64,000 nucleotides of DNA. Origin: Phoronis australis (taxonomy: Eukaryota > Animalia > Phoronida). Of this stretch, positions 10,628 to 24,500 are shown piece after piece. A program made the translations under genes and the position numbers. The stretch is from assembly GCA_002633005.1 (NCBI GenBank), contig NMRA01000108.1, forward strand, positions 823,855 to 887,854, read 5' to 3'. Each line of letters begins with the position of its first letter. The first letter of the stretch is position 1. Below the pieces are notes generated by a model, which saw only the letters and a list, made by a program, of their open reading frames with translations, had not been told where the DNA came from and ran no database searches.

Positions 10628-13600
10628 CTGTAAACAAGAAGGACTCATGATAAACTGACTGCCCAATCCATACAAAATGTAAACTTTACAAGAGACGAAA
10701 GTGTAGGACCACAGCCATAGCAAAAGTGAGTAGCCTAAAACATGTCTCTAAATCATTGCAATAGCAATTTTCGATACAATGGCTACATGATTAAAAGTGT
10801 TTTGTCACTAGATGGCGATAGCATAGTTAGTGAACAGGGTGTTCTACATTCTTGTATGCATTTCATTCATAGGAATATTTTTTGAAATTTTATTAATTCT
10901 TTGGAACTATTCTCCTGTCAAGTTGTCGTTATTGTGCAATGGATATTCAAACGATTGACAACAAAATGTCCAATGTCAAAATGTTCGTGAATGAAAGAAA
11001 TTGCATTATGTCTCAGTCAGTTCAGCTTTTCTTGCCAGGGCCCTCGACATTGATTTTGTGGCCAAGTATCAATTTTTCCCCCACTCGAAAGCAATCCCCT
11101 CTCAGAAGGCACACGCACCTTTCCCGATAAGTGAGCGAAAGCAACCCCCCCCACTGGCACACCAGAATTAGAAACTGGGTTAAGTACGGTGCTGTCACAA
11201 TGCCAAAGAGCTATATGTATAAAGCTTCCAGTTGTTGTATGTTACTGACCACTGCTATGTTTCAAAGGTAGTTCTGAACCCATCGCTATGGACAATTCAA
11301 ATCATGGTTTAGGCACCACTGCAGTTATTTGACTAGTGGTATTTACAATTAACATCCATTTAGTTATTTGACCTAGTTAGAGAGAGTTTAAAGTGCTTAC
11401 CTCGTATCTACCCGACTAATGTGCGTAAGACGAGACCGGCCCGAGCCGCAAGGTTCAATCAGCCATCTAGACGCCAGCACCACACCCCTTACGCCACCTA
11501 TTAGTGGAGCTTCGGGATGTTCTATAGAGCTCGTGACAAGGACACACGCACCTTTGGGAAGATCAGATCGCCAAGCCCTACAGAGCAGAAAGAATTTTGC
11601 AATCAAGTGGTCTAAAGTCCTGACTGGACACAACATGACCAGCAACTAGCAACAAACAGACAGACAGCCAGCCAGCTTAGATACAACAAATAACATAGCA
11701 TAATTATACATTCATGCCATGACGATGAATGAAAACCAAATTCTAATTCCATGTAATATTTTTTTTTAAAAACCTCCAAATTGTTCTTAAAATGAAACTT
11801 GTAAATTCTAAAAGTGCAATAAACTTTAGCCTTGATTTAGGCAATTCATCTTGTTCCTTACAGTGATTTTAAGCAATTTCTAGGCTTGAGAAAATTTTTT
11901 TACTAGATGTGGCTTTAAGTGACTACTACACGGAATAAGTTCCTAGTGTTTTCATTCAAATTTCCTCAACAGAAACCTGAAGGTGGCATACCTGAGCTCA
12001 CAGTGGTCTCGTGTAGGGTGAGGAGCCATACTGTTGCAGACGTACTGGTACACCTCCGTCTGCTCATCTAGTTTCTCGACAACACGCCACTTCAGCAGGT
12101 CATCATCCCATAAATGCCTAAAAGATCAACAGAAATAGTTCAACACTTTAAATTAAAATCAATATTAACAACATAATGCAAGACGTAAATGGTTATACAA
12201 TGTTTCTAATGAGCCTAATTACACAAATAGACATACTTTGCGTCAATTTCATAATACTTATCTAAGCCACCCACCTTTCTCGAAGTATCCTATTCAACAC
12301 TTCCACAGGGGGTGCCTCGACATCAGTTGAACACTTCCATAGACGTAAAGGGTGACCATCGCCAACTTTTTTGTAGGCCAACTCCGTTTCGTCATCTGTA
12401 TTCACCGAGACCCAGCCCTTGAACTTGTCACGAGATTCCTAGAAGTGAAAGCCATTCATGAATAAGAGTCTATGGTTCTGTGTCAAGACACCGTTTTTCT
12501 TAAGATGGTGTTCATCACAGAAATACTAAAAGCTATTTTTAAAATAGTTGCTCACTGAGAAAAAATGCGTTATAGTCAATGCAGGGATGACCTTCGCCTG
12601 TGCTTACCTTCAGTAGCCCTTGCACCCATGAGTCAATGTGAGTGTTGAAGTCGATGACATCACCATTCCTGTCCCGTATGAGTTCCTCCAGAGAGACGGG
12701 GTCGCCTTGCTCCATGTAGGAAAAGCGACATTTCAACATCGTATCCTCGGCAATCTGCAACAGTACGGGTTGCCAAGTATAGCAGCACATTCAGGACAGT
12801 AACGCAAAATAGAGGCTCAAAAGGTAGCTCATTTCTGCCAACAAAACTTTCGAATCAATGCACTTGCTGTGGTATCTATATGTTAGTACTATAGTTGTCT
12901 ATTTCTTAACAAGGAGCAGTGTTGTTTCGCATGCCTGACTTATTTTCGAATGGAAGTATTTGTGCGCCATTTTCAAATAAAAATCACTACTTTCCACCAC
13001 GTTTCTTAATCTGTATCATGGAAAGAAAAATTTGGAGACCGGTTTCATGAGAGTAAAATGCCGAATTTTATTCTCGTTTATAGCCAACTAAACAGGGTAA
13101 AATGAAGGTTTAAATGAAGACCTCGTTTGTATACAGACACAAGTACACCCCACTTACCATGAACAATTGTTTGCAGTCTTTGATCATCTGTGTCAGACAT
13201 TCGTGAGCTGCCTTCTGTTCTAGCAACTCCTTCTGATCCGGCACACCCAGGTTCTTACGGCCTCGCTTCGGGCTCGCCGTGCTCTGATTGGTCCTAGGCC
13301 CACACATGTGGAAGAGCGAGGGGGCGAAGCAGACAGCCAGATTGCTGGCGGTCATCTGGTTCTCGTCCGAGTGTTCTGCCATGTCGCTAAGGAACAGCAG
13401 AAGGGACTGAAGCACCTCACGGTTCTCATCTGGTAGTAACATGATGGCTGCCTGAAGGGCTTCGAGGCGTAGTTCCGTCGGAATGTCTGCAATGGATAGA
13501 AGAAGGTCAAATATCTATAGCAGACGTATCTGTAACATCGTACCTTGAATTTTGCTTTTGCATCAATAAGCAACAGTATTGCTCCTACTTTGCGCAAACT

Positions 13601-15486
13601 TACAATTCCTTTACCTTCACTTTGAAACAAGACAAATACACACTCATGCCACTTACGCTGATGTACGGTGATGAAAGTCTCGGACAATTTGTTGGTCAGC
13701 AGACATTCGGGCAGTTCCCTGAAGTACTGCTTTAGCAGGTCAGCCACGTCGTATGCTTGCAAACTTTCGAAACTGATGAGGTCTGAAAATTCAAGACGGC
13801 AGCATTCAAAACGAGCATCTCTCAGGGTTAAAAACATCAACAAGATCAAGTGGTAAGGAAGATGGTAAAATACTAGCATATTTTCAAACGGATATCCATC
13901 AGTTTACATGTAATTCCTTATTTTTACTTTCGTCTTGATTACACTATTCTTAATACCACCACAAAATATCAATATCAAGAAATTCCTAAGGTGGCTCAAT
14001 AAAAAGAAGACCAACCTGGATTAGTTTCAAGCTGGTTACGGAGCTTCTGTATACGCGAGCGTACTCCTGACTTGCGAAAGATACCGACGGCGTCGGTGGC
14101 GGTGCGTCGGAGGAACCTCATGGCATACAGAATGCATTGTGGGAGGGGCTGACCTGTCCTCTGTAGGATGACCAACAGTGGAACACCAAAGACATTCTTG
14201 TCCCGGTAGTCGGGAGACTTGAATTTCTTGATGAACTTGGGTACAACCCTGTGTATAGACAATAGTTGTTAGTGAGATGGATATCGCATTAATGGTCTAA
14301 ACAGAGCAAACAACCTTCCTCACTTGCAAGTTAACTTGAATACCACAATTCTTCACTTACTGAGCAAACAAAGAAGTTGCCTATCTCCTATTCAGGATTG
14401 TCAAGAATTGGAAACAAAATTGTAAAAAGATTTCGGCTGGACCAGGACAAACATGCTAAAAGGATGAACAAGGAAATTAACATGTGATCAGACTTTCACT
14501 TATCTCCTGTATACATGTTTGTCGCATTGGACAAGCATTTTCCTCCCAAGATCTAAAGCCCGACACTGAGTGACTGTATCAAAATGACTCTTACCAGTTC
14601 CATCCGCCCCTGTTAGAGGGAGAGTAGCGCTCCATCAGGGCGGTCACCTTCAGAAGGCACAGTTTCTTGAGAACGACCATCTGACCGGCAGAGACGTTAC
14701 TGATCTGGAGACTACGGCTATTGAAGCTGGGGCGGTGTGACTTCTGGAAGCTGTGCCAACGGATGCGTGGACGCCGACGTTCACTGTGGTGGAAAGAGAC
14801 AACATATTGAATGCAACGATTTCCACAAATTAGAAGCTAAGAGGAACTTTCAACATCCCCCACCCACTTAAATCCACCAATAATTTTACATGTGGTAAAT
14901 GTAACATTTGCAGCAGCATGATTCATACCTTGGCTCTCTGGTTAAGGAACTTCCAACCCCAGAGTCTCTACGCTCTCTGAATATCACCGTTTCAATGGGG
15001 TCCTCTTTGGATTCCGGAACCTCGGGATCACTGAACTCCTGATTGGAAGACACCGACAGAGCGCTGAGCCTGTCTGCATCCGCCTCACTGTTGTTACTAC
15101 GACTCTCCCCTTCACTGTGGTTGCACGGACTGTCGGTCTCTGGACGAGCATCAGACACTTGACCTAAGCTCTGCAACATCAGCTCGTCGGAACAAGGGTC
15201 GTCAGATTCTGTGGCGAGAAATGGGGAAACATTCGATGAAGAGGTGAGAAGTTGGCGGATTATGTCACAAGAAAATGCACTTACTTTCTCAAATGTCGGG
15301 GGCTGTAAGTTGGGATAAAATAAGGCACTAAATGGGAAACTGGCAAATCAGAAAGCTGCTGCTAATTGTGATAATTAGGATACATTAAAACGTGACGTAC
15401 ATTGTGATATAAAGAGCTTTGTTGTGCTGGCACTTACCGGCACCGACGTACTTGACCATTAGCCGGCAACTTAAGTTGGTAAATAC

Positions 15487-15517
<31 letters not shown>

Positions 15518-18500
15518 TAAAAATAACAATAATAATAATAACAATAACAACAACGACAATAGGCAGCATGATAACAAACTTGTGGCATAACCTGACAACC
15601 AATTTGTAAAACGAGCCAAAACGGGATAGAAAATATACACAAACCACAGAGCGCCAATAAAGACTGTGTGTTCCTCTCTCTCTCCACTAAGCTTTGCCTA
15701 GTAATGAAGAGGAGAGACTGCACACATAAAGAACTTCTGGCAATTTATTGGTTGTTAAGCCAGCCGGAGGTAATTAACGAAAGCATTAGATAAAACGCCC
15801 ACCAGCTGCAATTGTCTGGGAGGCGTAACTGCAAGGAATAGTTAGGTGTCTATCACATAGTTACCTATTCCACTGCTTTCATTGAGTAGCCTGCTTAGCC
15901 CATTGATATCTTCAAACAAGCCATGTAGGATCAGATCAAGCTCTTTCTGTGGATCGTCCGCCGACGCCAGATCGGGAACGTTGTCGTACACACTCACTCG
16001 GTTGGCGATGACAGAGTCGTCCATGCTGCGGAGTTTTTCGCGACGGCGAATCTGATCGCGCAATTCATTACAGTCTGAGCCAAGGTTGATACTACCTGTT
16101 CGACAATTAACTGTCGAGCCATTTCCCGTGGAGATGTAGCCATTTGACACAAGATTCGGAAACGTACCCGGCTTGTGGTCAGAAGGTAAGATAAAGTCTT
16201 CTGTCGTCGCCTCCGCAATTATCTCCTCTTTGCTCTCCTGTGTGGGAGATGCAATTTCAGTGCTGGATGACGATGGCGTGCGAATTTTCGTATTGTTATT
16301 ATTTAATATCACTGTCGATTTTTCACTCTGGCTACTCCGCGTGCTGGCTGGCGATGGCGCACCAGAGTCCGTTGTGATTGTAGTCGTAGTTAGCGTTGGC
16401 GACACTAAAGGCGTCTCATCCGTTGGCGTAATGTCCACACAGCCGAGACGCTGTAGTCTCAGTTGCATCTCTGGGCAGTCTGTCAACAGTGTTGGCCCAC
16501 TGATCTCCACATTGTCACGAAGATTCTTCTTCTTCCTTTTATTGCTAGTCAGATTCTCGATCCTTTTGAGTATGCTGGACGGTCCCTTGACCCGCTCGCT
16601 GGCTGCACGGCGCAGCGAGCTAGGGCTGGTGGGACTGTGTGGCGGGCTCGGCACCGAAATACCCCTCTGTATTGCGACCGCTGTGAACACATCCTCTGGC
16701 GATGAGCCGGGCACAAAAGTCGACGTTTTTAAGTCAACAAACTCGTCCTTTGCTTTCAGCAGGGGACTCTCGTCACCCGTGTGGCTGAAACTCTCATTGT
16801 CTGTGAGAACGCTGTCGTTGCTGCTGCACGATCGCATAGTCTGCTTTTTGTCACTGTCGTCTGCTTGTTCACTGCCACCTAGCTGGACGTCTATCTCCAA
16901 CCGTGACCAACGCCGGCTGCTGCGTTGATACTTCCACTTATCACTGAGGGCGCAGACTTCCTCGTCTTCCGAGTCATCACTCTGTAATCACAAGAGGGAA
17001 AATAAAATTTGTTCCGTAATTAGGAGAAAAAAGAATTTCATTCTAAGAAATCATTGAAGGTGTTTGGTACGTAAATTATACGTGTAGTGACAAAAATTAA
17101 ACAGTTACAAGGAAATAACACAGCTATTTTTGAAAAAATACCCCCCCACCCGATATCCGGTAAAAACATCCATTAACACTTACTTCCCAACAGCAGTGGA
17201 CAGAGTTTTAACTGGAAACATGTAACTCATTGTAGCTAATGAAGTCCAGATACACAATCATATTCTTTTATTCCCATGTCTTGACAAACAATCTATCATT
17301 CAAAACCCTATATTTGATGTCTGTAAGCTATTTGCTCATGATAGGAAACTGGATCTTTGTGCAACAGAATACAACTTGGGTCAACTTTGATAAACAAGCC
17401 AGGCACAATTGTGGTCAACACCACAAACACAGAAAATACAATATTTCAACCACAAGGGTCAGGGACTACATGACTTCGAGACACACTTCAAAGGGACATA
17501 CCGACCATGACCAGGGCTTGTGTGTTCACCGGTCCCAAAAGCACCGTGTGTACTATCTACGCGGACCCAGTAGATTACAGTCCCCACAACAGCACATCTG
17601 AAGGTTTTAGCCTGAGAGGACAGTTTAGCAAGAGGCAGTTGCAAAAAATTACAACTAGGGGCTACAGCTGTTGGAAACAATGGTGCAGCCGGGCACTAAA
17701 TTGGATGAATCAGGAAACAATGTAGCACGGACAACTAGCAAACAAATCCTGGAGCTAGGGTTAAAACAGTTTTATCTGTCAACCCTTATGATTACACAAC
17801 AGTTACATCAACAGAAAGAGCCACTATCAGAAGTTCAGTATGTCACCTGTAAGTCAAAGCTGTAACAGCCAAAATCACTTACACTTATACTCCTCAATGG
17901 ATCAGATCTCATATACACCCATATTACTTGAACAACACCACCAGACTGAACAATACTAAATAGCTATCCAATTTTCCATTTAACTTTGCACCTGCCAATC
18001 AACTCAACAGGTGACAACATAATATAAGTTGTTAACAGGTGAGTTAATCCGTAACAGCTAGTATTAAAGAGGGACAACAATAACTTTTTGCGCTCAAAAA
18101 GAAACCCAATACTACACACAGTGGCTGCAAAGTTTCAAAACATCACTGTTACACAAACAAGCCAAAGCCTTAGAAATTATTCCGCTGGTGGTTGACAAAA
18201 TGTTTGGCATGTTTTTCTTTTGCTCAAGGTACCAATAAACAAGGTTGGAGTGAACCGCTCATTTTCATATTTTGTTTTCAAAACTTGACAGGCGCATTCT
18301 GCAGCAGTACACCATGAGCGTCACTGCTCACAAAAGGGGTCCCAATCTGAACTCATGGAGAGCATTGACAACACCATCGTGAAGGCATGATAATGTCCAG
18401 AGAAAGACGTTTCCTCTCAGAGTCACAAACGCAATCCCCGTGTCACTTTCTTGAATGTAGTTGAGAAGTACCTAAACCCACAGACAGGTGTCAGCACAAA

Positions 18501-21500
18501 CCACTCTCTCCGATAAATAGCCATGGATTCTTAGAAGACTCGAAATTTTGTTTACAGAAAATGCTGCCCCCACAGTAGCATAAAATACACGAAAAGAGAC
18601 GGGAAAAATTAGATGTCGACTTACCGTTTTTCGCGACGGTGCTTCAATTTTCATGCTTGCACACTTGTTCAGTGTGTTCAAACGCCTGCAAGAAACACCG
18701 GAGTACACATTAATAAGCCAGGCCAACACATTATGCGGGGTATAAAAATTCAAATTCACTTGAATAGTTTTACAAAAATCACCATTGGTGTAAAGTACAC
18801 CTGTCAGGTCAAGTATACTATTACTGTGTTTACCTAGATTTTTGTTTATCCGGGGTTAAATCAACTCATAACCCGCCCTTTCTGGCCTTGATGAGATAAA
18901 AATTTAATTCATATTTGTACTCGTGACTAGCAAATTTCCTCACTTACACAGGAATGTGGTTAACTTCAAAGCTAAGAACACTCCCAAAATCCTCAAGAGA
19001 ACAATTTCAGTCCAAATGTTAACCGTAAAGTAAACACAACATGAGAACAAAATAACCACTTATGTTTGAATAGTTAAGTGAGGTCAGATAATCGAGATGT
19101 AACAAGTTTTATGCACACAATCGCAGAAAAACAAACCATAGTATCAACTGAACATACATTTGTACGATAATTCTCCACGTATTTCGCATTAAATAAATGC
19201 CAAAATTTTCATTTTCCATTTTTCATAGGTTGATTACACCACAAAAATGGAAAAATTAAGAAACTTGTTTCATGACATCTACAAAGTACAAACCATGCTA
19301 GTAACAGAAAAAAATCTAGACATGTGTTATTAAGGACGAAAATTGACAAAACAGAATTCCACATGTCATCCATATAGTGAGCTAAGCAAGTGAAACAATA
19401 CCCTACTACTGGCAAAGAAACCAGTGGACTCCAACTAGAATATTTTTTACTTTATTTACTCACACAAAAAGTGGAATTTACATCACAATAAGACAAAGTA
19501 CTAGAAAGCTAGTCTGTCAGGTCGTGTCATAAATACCAGAACCTTCAAATGGCCTGAATCCTTTGAACAATTTTTTGTCCCCACAATAAACGCAAGACGA
19601 GGTTAAAACAGCTTAGCATTTTCATGCCTACTGAGTTTGACACCAACCAAGCAATTGGAACTTGAAACCCCTTGTGAACTGACATCAAGAATAGACCATC
19701 AACAGCCACATTCCACTGTAACACCTACCTAAGGTTATACAACTCGTCACTAGGTGACATTATAGTCGTATTTCTCAGGACTTTTGTAACTTCTCCGCAG
19801 CCATAATGCTGTTGATGCGGTATTCGAGCGATTCACAAAAAATATCAAACAAAATGTCTGCGAATGAATACAATTGCATTTAGCTGTGAATGAATGTAAT
19901 TGCATTTAGTCCCTGTCAACTTGGCCCATTCTGCACACCATAATTAGAAATTGGGTAAAGAGAAAGATGCGTCTGACAAAACAGCATCTTAACGACTCCT
20001 ACTGAATAAGTGGCAAGTCCCACAACATTATATTAACATGACCTATGACCTCAAGTGAAGTACCACTGGTGACATCATTTGGCAATAAATATGAGATGGT
20101 TTTCATCAATGGCAAAATGACACAGGTACAGGATGTTTTCAATAGAAGAAGATGACAGTCTAGTCCACATTGGTCACCTCAATGACATAATCCAGTTCCT
20201 CTGAGTGTGTCACAGCCCAAACACAATAGGAAATGAAATGGTAAACAGTTAAAAGTCTAGACAAACTAAATTGCTGGTTTCCAATTAGCATTACTCATGG
20301 CTTGGTGAACAGCTAGCCACTGATGGCAGGGATTAGGCCCTTGAGGTTGACTTTTAAAAGAAAACAGTCTTGCCCACTGCTGGACAATGGAGTGTGTAAA
20401 TAACCAGAAAACAGTTGGAAACTTGCTTCTATTTAATAATAAACAAAACAAACCAGTAGGAGACCAGAGGTTCCCAGTTAAATGTAACCAACTGGAAGTC
20501 AGTAGAAGATATTGAAACCAGAAATCAGTCACACCAGACAAATCCAACTGCGCCCACGGTAAAAAAAAAACGTGAATTCTTCAGTGACAAAAAATGTTAT
20601 GACAATCTACATGGAGGCAAGAGCATTTAACGACTAACATATTTTACAAAATTCCATCAGACCCAAGGTATTTCAAAAATTTCAAAACGTTTTTAACTTC
20701 TTTGCAAAACAAAACCACCCTTCCTTGAATAATTATCTCCATCAAGTATACCGACCTCTCAATACCGGTGATCAGCCACCCGCAATCAGATAACTTAAGA
20801 ACATAGAACTTCCTTACTAATTTTGCATAAAAACAATTGCTGAAATTGATATTTTTTAAAATTTCCGAAGGCTGATTACTTTGCGGCATATGATAGACAC
20901 TACCCAACAACTATGCTAATAATAATAAACATTTTTGTACGCATTTTATGGGGAATTTGACAATCAAAATTGCACTTGTGTACCATGCATGTTACAAAGG
21001 TTAGGGCATAGACACTCAATCTTGTTGCTGTGAAGCAAATTCACGAACTATACTCATTCGTAATAGACATACTAAATATTTTTATTTTCCGAGGTATATC
21101 TAGTAGTGCATGAAGAATATTTTATAGTTCTGCCTGAATGAATATCTCATCATTCATTATCAGCCAGATCGCCATCAGTAGGCTGATAATAATATTTACA
21201 CCAGTCTACGCACGGCATTCCCATTAAGTCAAAAAAACATCGTCTTCCGAAGATCAGCTATCACCGATGACGTCAGCAGGCTAATAATTGGAATGTACTA
21301 TAGTTTTTATGACACACTTGTTTGTCGCCCCTGGAGCGGCCAGCGCCAGACCTAACGCGATTTACCTGGTCAGTGTACACAGCTTGGTGTTAGTCACAGC
21401 TTTACACCTGCGACAAACAAACAGGTTGATTAAACTGGTTAGATAAATGGTGTTGTTTACCTGAACAGAGATTGTATGGAGTCTTTGTCTAGGAAATCGT

Positions 21501-24500
21501 GGTCCTTCTCTACAGTAGTGATGTCGATAGGAAACTGTAAATCTGAAATGCAAAACACAGTCATAAATACTATGAATCACCTGCATTTAGTTCCCAGAAT
21601 TCATTACTTAGTTCCTCATTCACCAAGAGAGGTAATTCAGGACCAAGAGGTGATCGAAAATTTACTTTGCCCACACCTTAATTCCTGAAAATGAATGATC
21701 ACTTTTTTCAAGTGACTTCTTATGGGATTATTAAGCTCGTGATGACTGTTGGTTTGCTTCTTTTGCAACATCTTAAAAAATCAAAAATGCCTGAAAGACT
21801 GCAAAGCCACTTATGATTTTGAAAGAATGCTCCAAAATAATATTCGCAGTCAAGTTGTCTATTGAAAAAGCCACATATGACAGTATACCTACGCCAAATA
21901 TCAAATCAAAACTGCACAGCACTCAGAAACCACACTTCCGCAATCAGCGACTAAAGTCAAATGAGCAACTAGTGGCCAGTCCTATCAGGGACAACAAGCA
22001 CACACACGAACCCTCAGGGGTCAGGGACCTTTCACACCACACAAACAAGTCACTACAGCACAGGAAGCCAATGTATTGGAGTGGGACCTGTAACAATAGC
22101 AGGAACAGACCAGCCTCCAGCACAGCCCTCAGTCATCCTTAATCCCCCAAAGCCTGGGTTTACACTGCACCAACAAAGCCTGCTCACCATTGTCACTTAC
22201 TCAATCCACTCACTCACAGCTGGCAGACAGAATGGCTGTGCCTGACCCCCTAGTTTTCTTCTAATTCAAACAAGTGTCAGTGGCACCAGACTGTTGTGAC
22301 CAATCAGGTAGGCCAGGGACATCTCTCCCTCAATAGACATGGAGCCAACAAGTTAATAATTATCTCACTGAGTCTTAAGCCTCCCTGGAGGGTTCAAGTT
22401 AATATTAATCCAACTGTCTACTCAAAACCTTCACTACCACCCCTTCCTGAGGATGAAATGGTGATCAGTTCCATTTACATAAACAGTTCAATTGTCAGTT
22501 TGTCCAGTCCATGTCAGAAGTATATTTTAATACACATTTACCCCTTATTCAAATCAACGATAATCCCTACATCATCATATACTTAAGATATTCTCCATCA
22601 TCAACCGACCCAGACCCAAACAGGAAAGGGCATTCCCCAATCGGCTTAAATACTTAACTTCGACACCTCCCCAAAGATTCCTACAATGTAATCTTATATC
22701 ATAGCCGGAGTATTTTTCACACATGCGTATCTGCCTAACTGTATTTTCTTCAAGTGTTTCCTGTGTCTATGATAAATCTGGGCGGCTATGTTCCTGAAAC
22801 AACCTCACACAGACAATCACAGTAACCGACTTCCTGTTTCCACATGTACATCAACAGATAATAACATCACAATCGGTGGGTTCCATCATCGACATTTGCA
22901 GATGTGGCAATGTAACTTATGCATGAGGAAAAAAATGTTACTTCTCAATGAGGAAGAAATGTAGACGTGCGCTTCCATTCATCAATGCAGTCAGAAAGCT
23001 AGTACGACTAGCCAATCAGGACAATGCAGTTATTAAGTTGGATTACGACACAACAGGAGTGTGGGTGTAAAATCCTGGTGCCTGCTGCTTTTTGACGTAG
23101 TAATGTCATCCATCAAAAGTTAAGAGACTTAGGATTTTACTCTTGGATTTTACGACTAGCAAGTGACACAACTATGACAGAAATGATGAAATAGGATGTT
23201 GTCCATGAGAAAAATCCTTACCTTATTAACATATGCTATACGTGTTCATATATATTTTAAAATCGCAAACTACAATTCTAAACTTTTCAAACTAAACAAG
23301 TACACTTCTAGCTATGTGATTCATTAAATGTTTTATGCAGAGGCTAGAGCTTGGTACTCAACACCACACAGTCAACCCCCATCAAGCACAGGTTATGTAA
23401 CAAGTATTCACATACACACATACAGTAACAGGTAGGGTAGTGTACACAGAAGATTACACTTCCTGACCAAGACAAGCAAACTACGACCACACACTAGCAT
23501 TACACCTCCTGGAAAACAATGACTCACTTCCACTCAGCCAAGAAATCTCTCAAGTTGTGTTTGACATCCCAGTTTCAACCACTAAGTGAAGTATTATTCT
23601 ACCCCACTGAAAGATGACCACACCATGCATTACTGGATGTAAACTAATAACACGAAATGAAATGACATGTTTATAAACAATGTCACACACTAACACTTAA
23701 CATGTACAACAATCTGGGACATGAACAATTACTGAACAATTACGGCTTCATAACGAAGAAACGTTTTGTGTTGGGACAACCAAAAAATTTCATTCTTTTA
23801 TATTCGTAAATGTTTTAACTCTTCAGACTTGAAAAAAAATTTAAAATTAAATTCACATTTTCAACACAAAAATCCCAAATTCAATTGTAACGTGTTAGAT
23901 CAGCAAAAATTATTAAAGTGATTCCTCATTTCCGCATTTCGAACAAAAATGCTGCCAAAATTGCCATGCTTCATTTCCTCAAAACGGTTGATAATCTAAC
24001 TAAAAACTAAGGAAACCTTGCCAAACGTACAAAGTAAAAACCACAATAGTAATACACAAAAATTATGATCTTTACTTTTGTGGAGAACTTATTATGAGAA
24101 ACAGAATTTCTCTTGTCGGCCATAATGGGCTCTAAATAAGTGTACAGTTACCATAACACCATATTGTTAACTCATTACACCAATTTGGATGAAGACATCA
24201 GCAAACCCGCTTGTAAAGTTTGTAAGTTCCGCCACAAAAATAGAACAAATTTGCCGAAAAAAAAACCCATTAGCATGGCTATAAAAACCAATATAAAAAT
24301 AGATTTAGAAACAGGATATTTACATGACTGAGAATAAAAAGTAGGAAAAAACGATGTGATCACGTCGCCATCCTTAATGCGAGCTGATGGCAAAAAAACA
24401 CAGGGGAGAAGTCGAACGGAATTTTTGTCACATTCGTTGGCCACATGCGAATATCTATTTATGGCCAGAACTATGAATAACTGCCTTTACCAAACACCAG

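Noticed and set aside
15385-15723. ORFs with poly-Tyr and poly-Leu runs
   Set aside because: Translation of the TAA/CAA microsatellite; only the MVKYVGA end is kept as a candidate exon.
16173-16928. 251-aa plus-strand ORF
   Set aside because: Antisense shadow of the Ser/Thr-rich RhoGAP exon 4; no independent signals.
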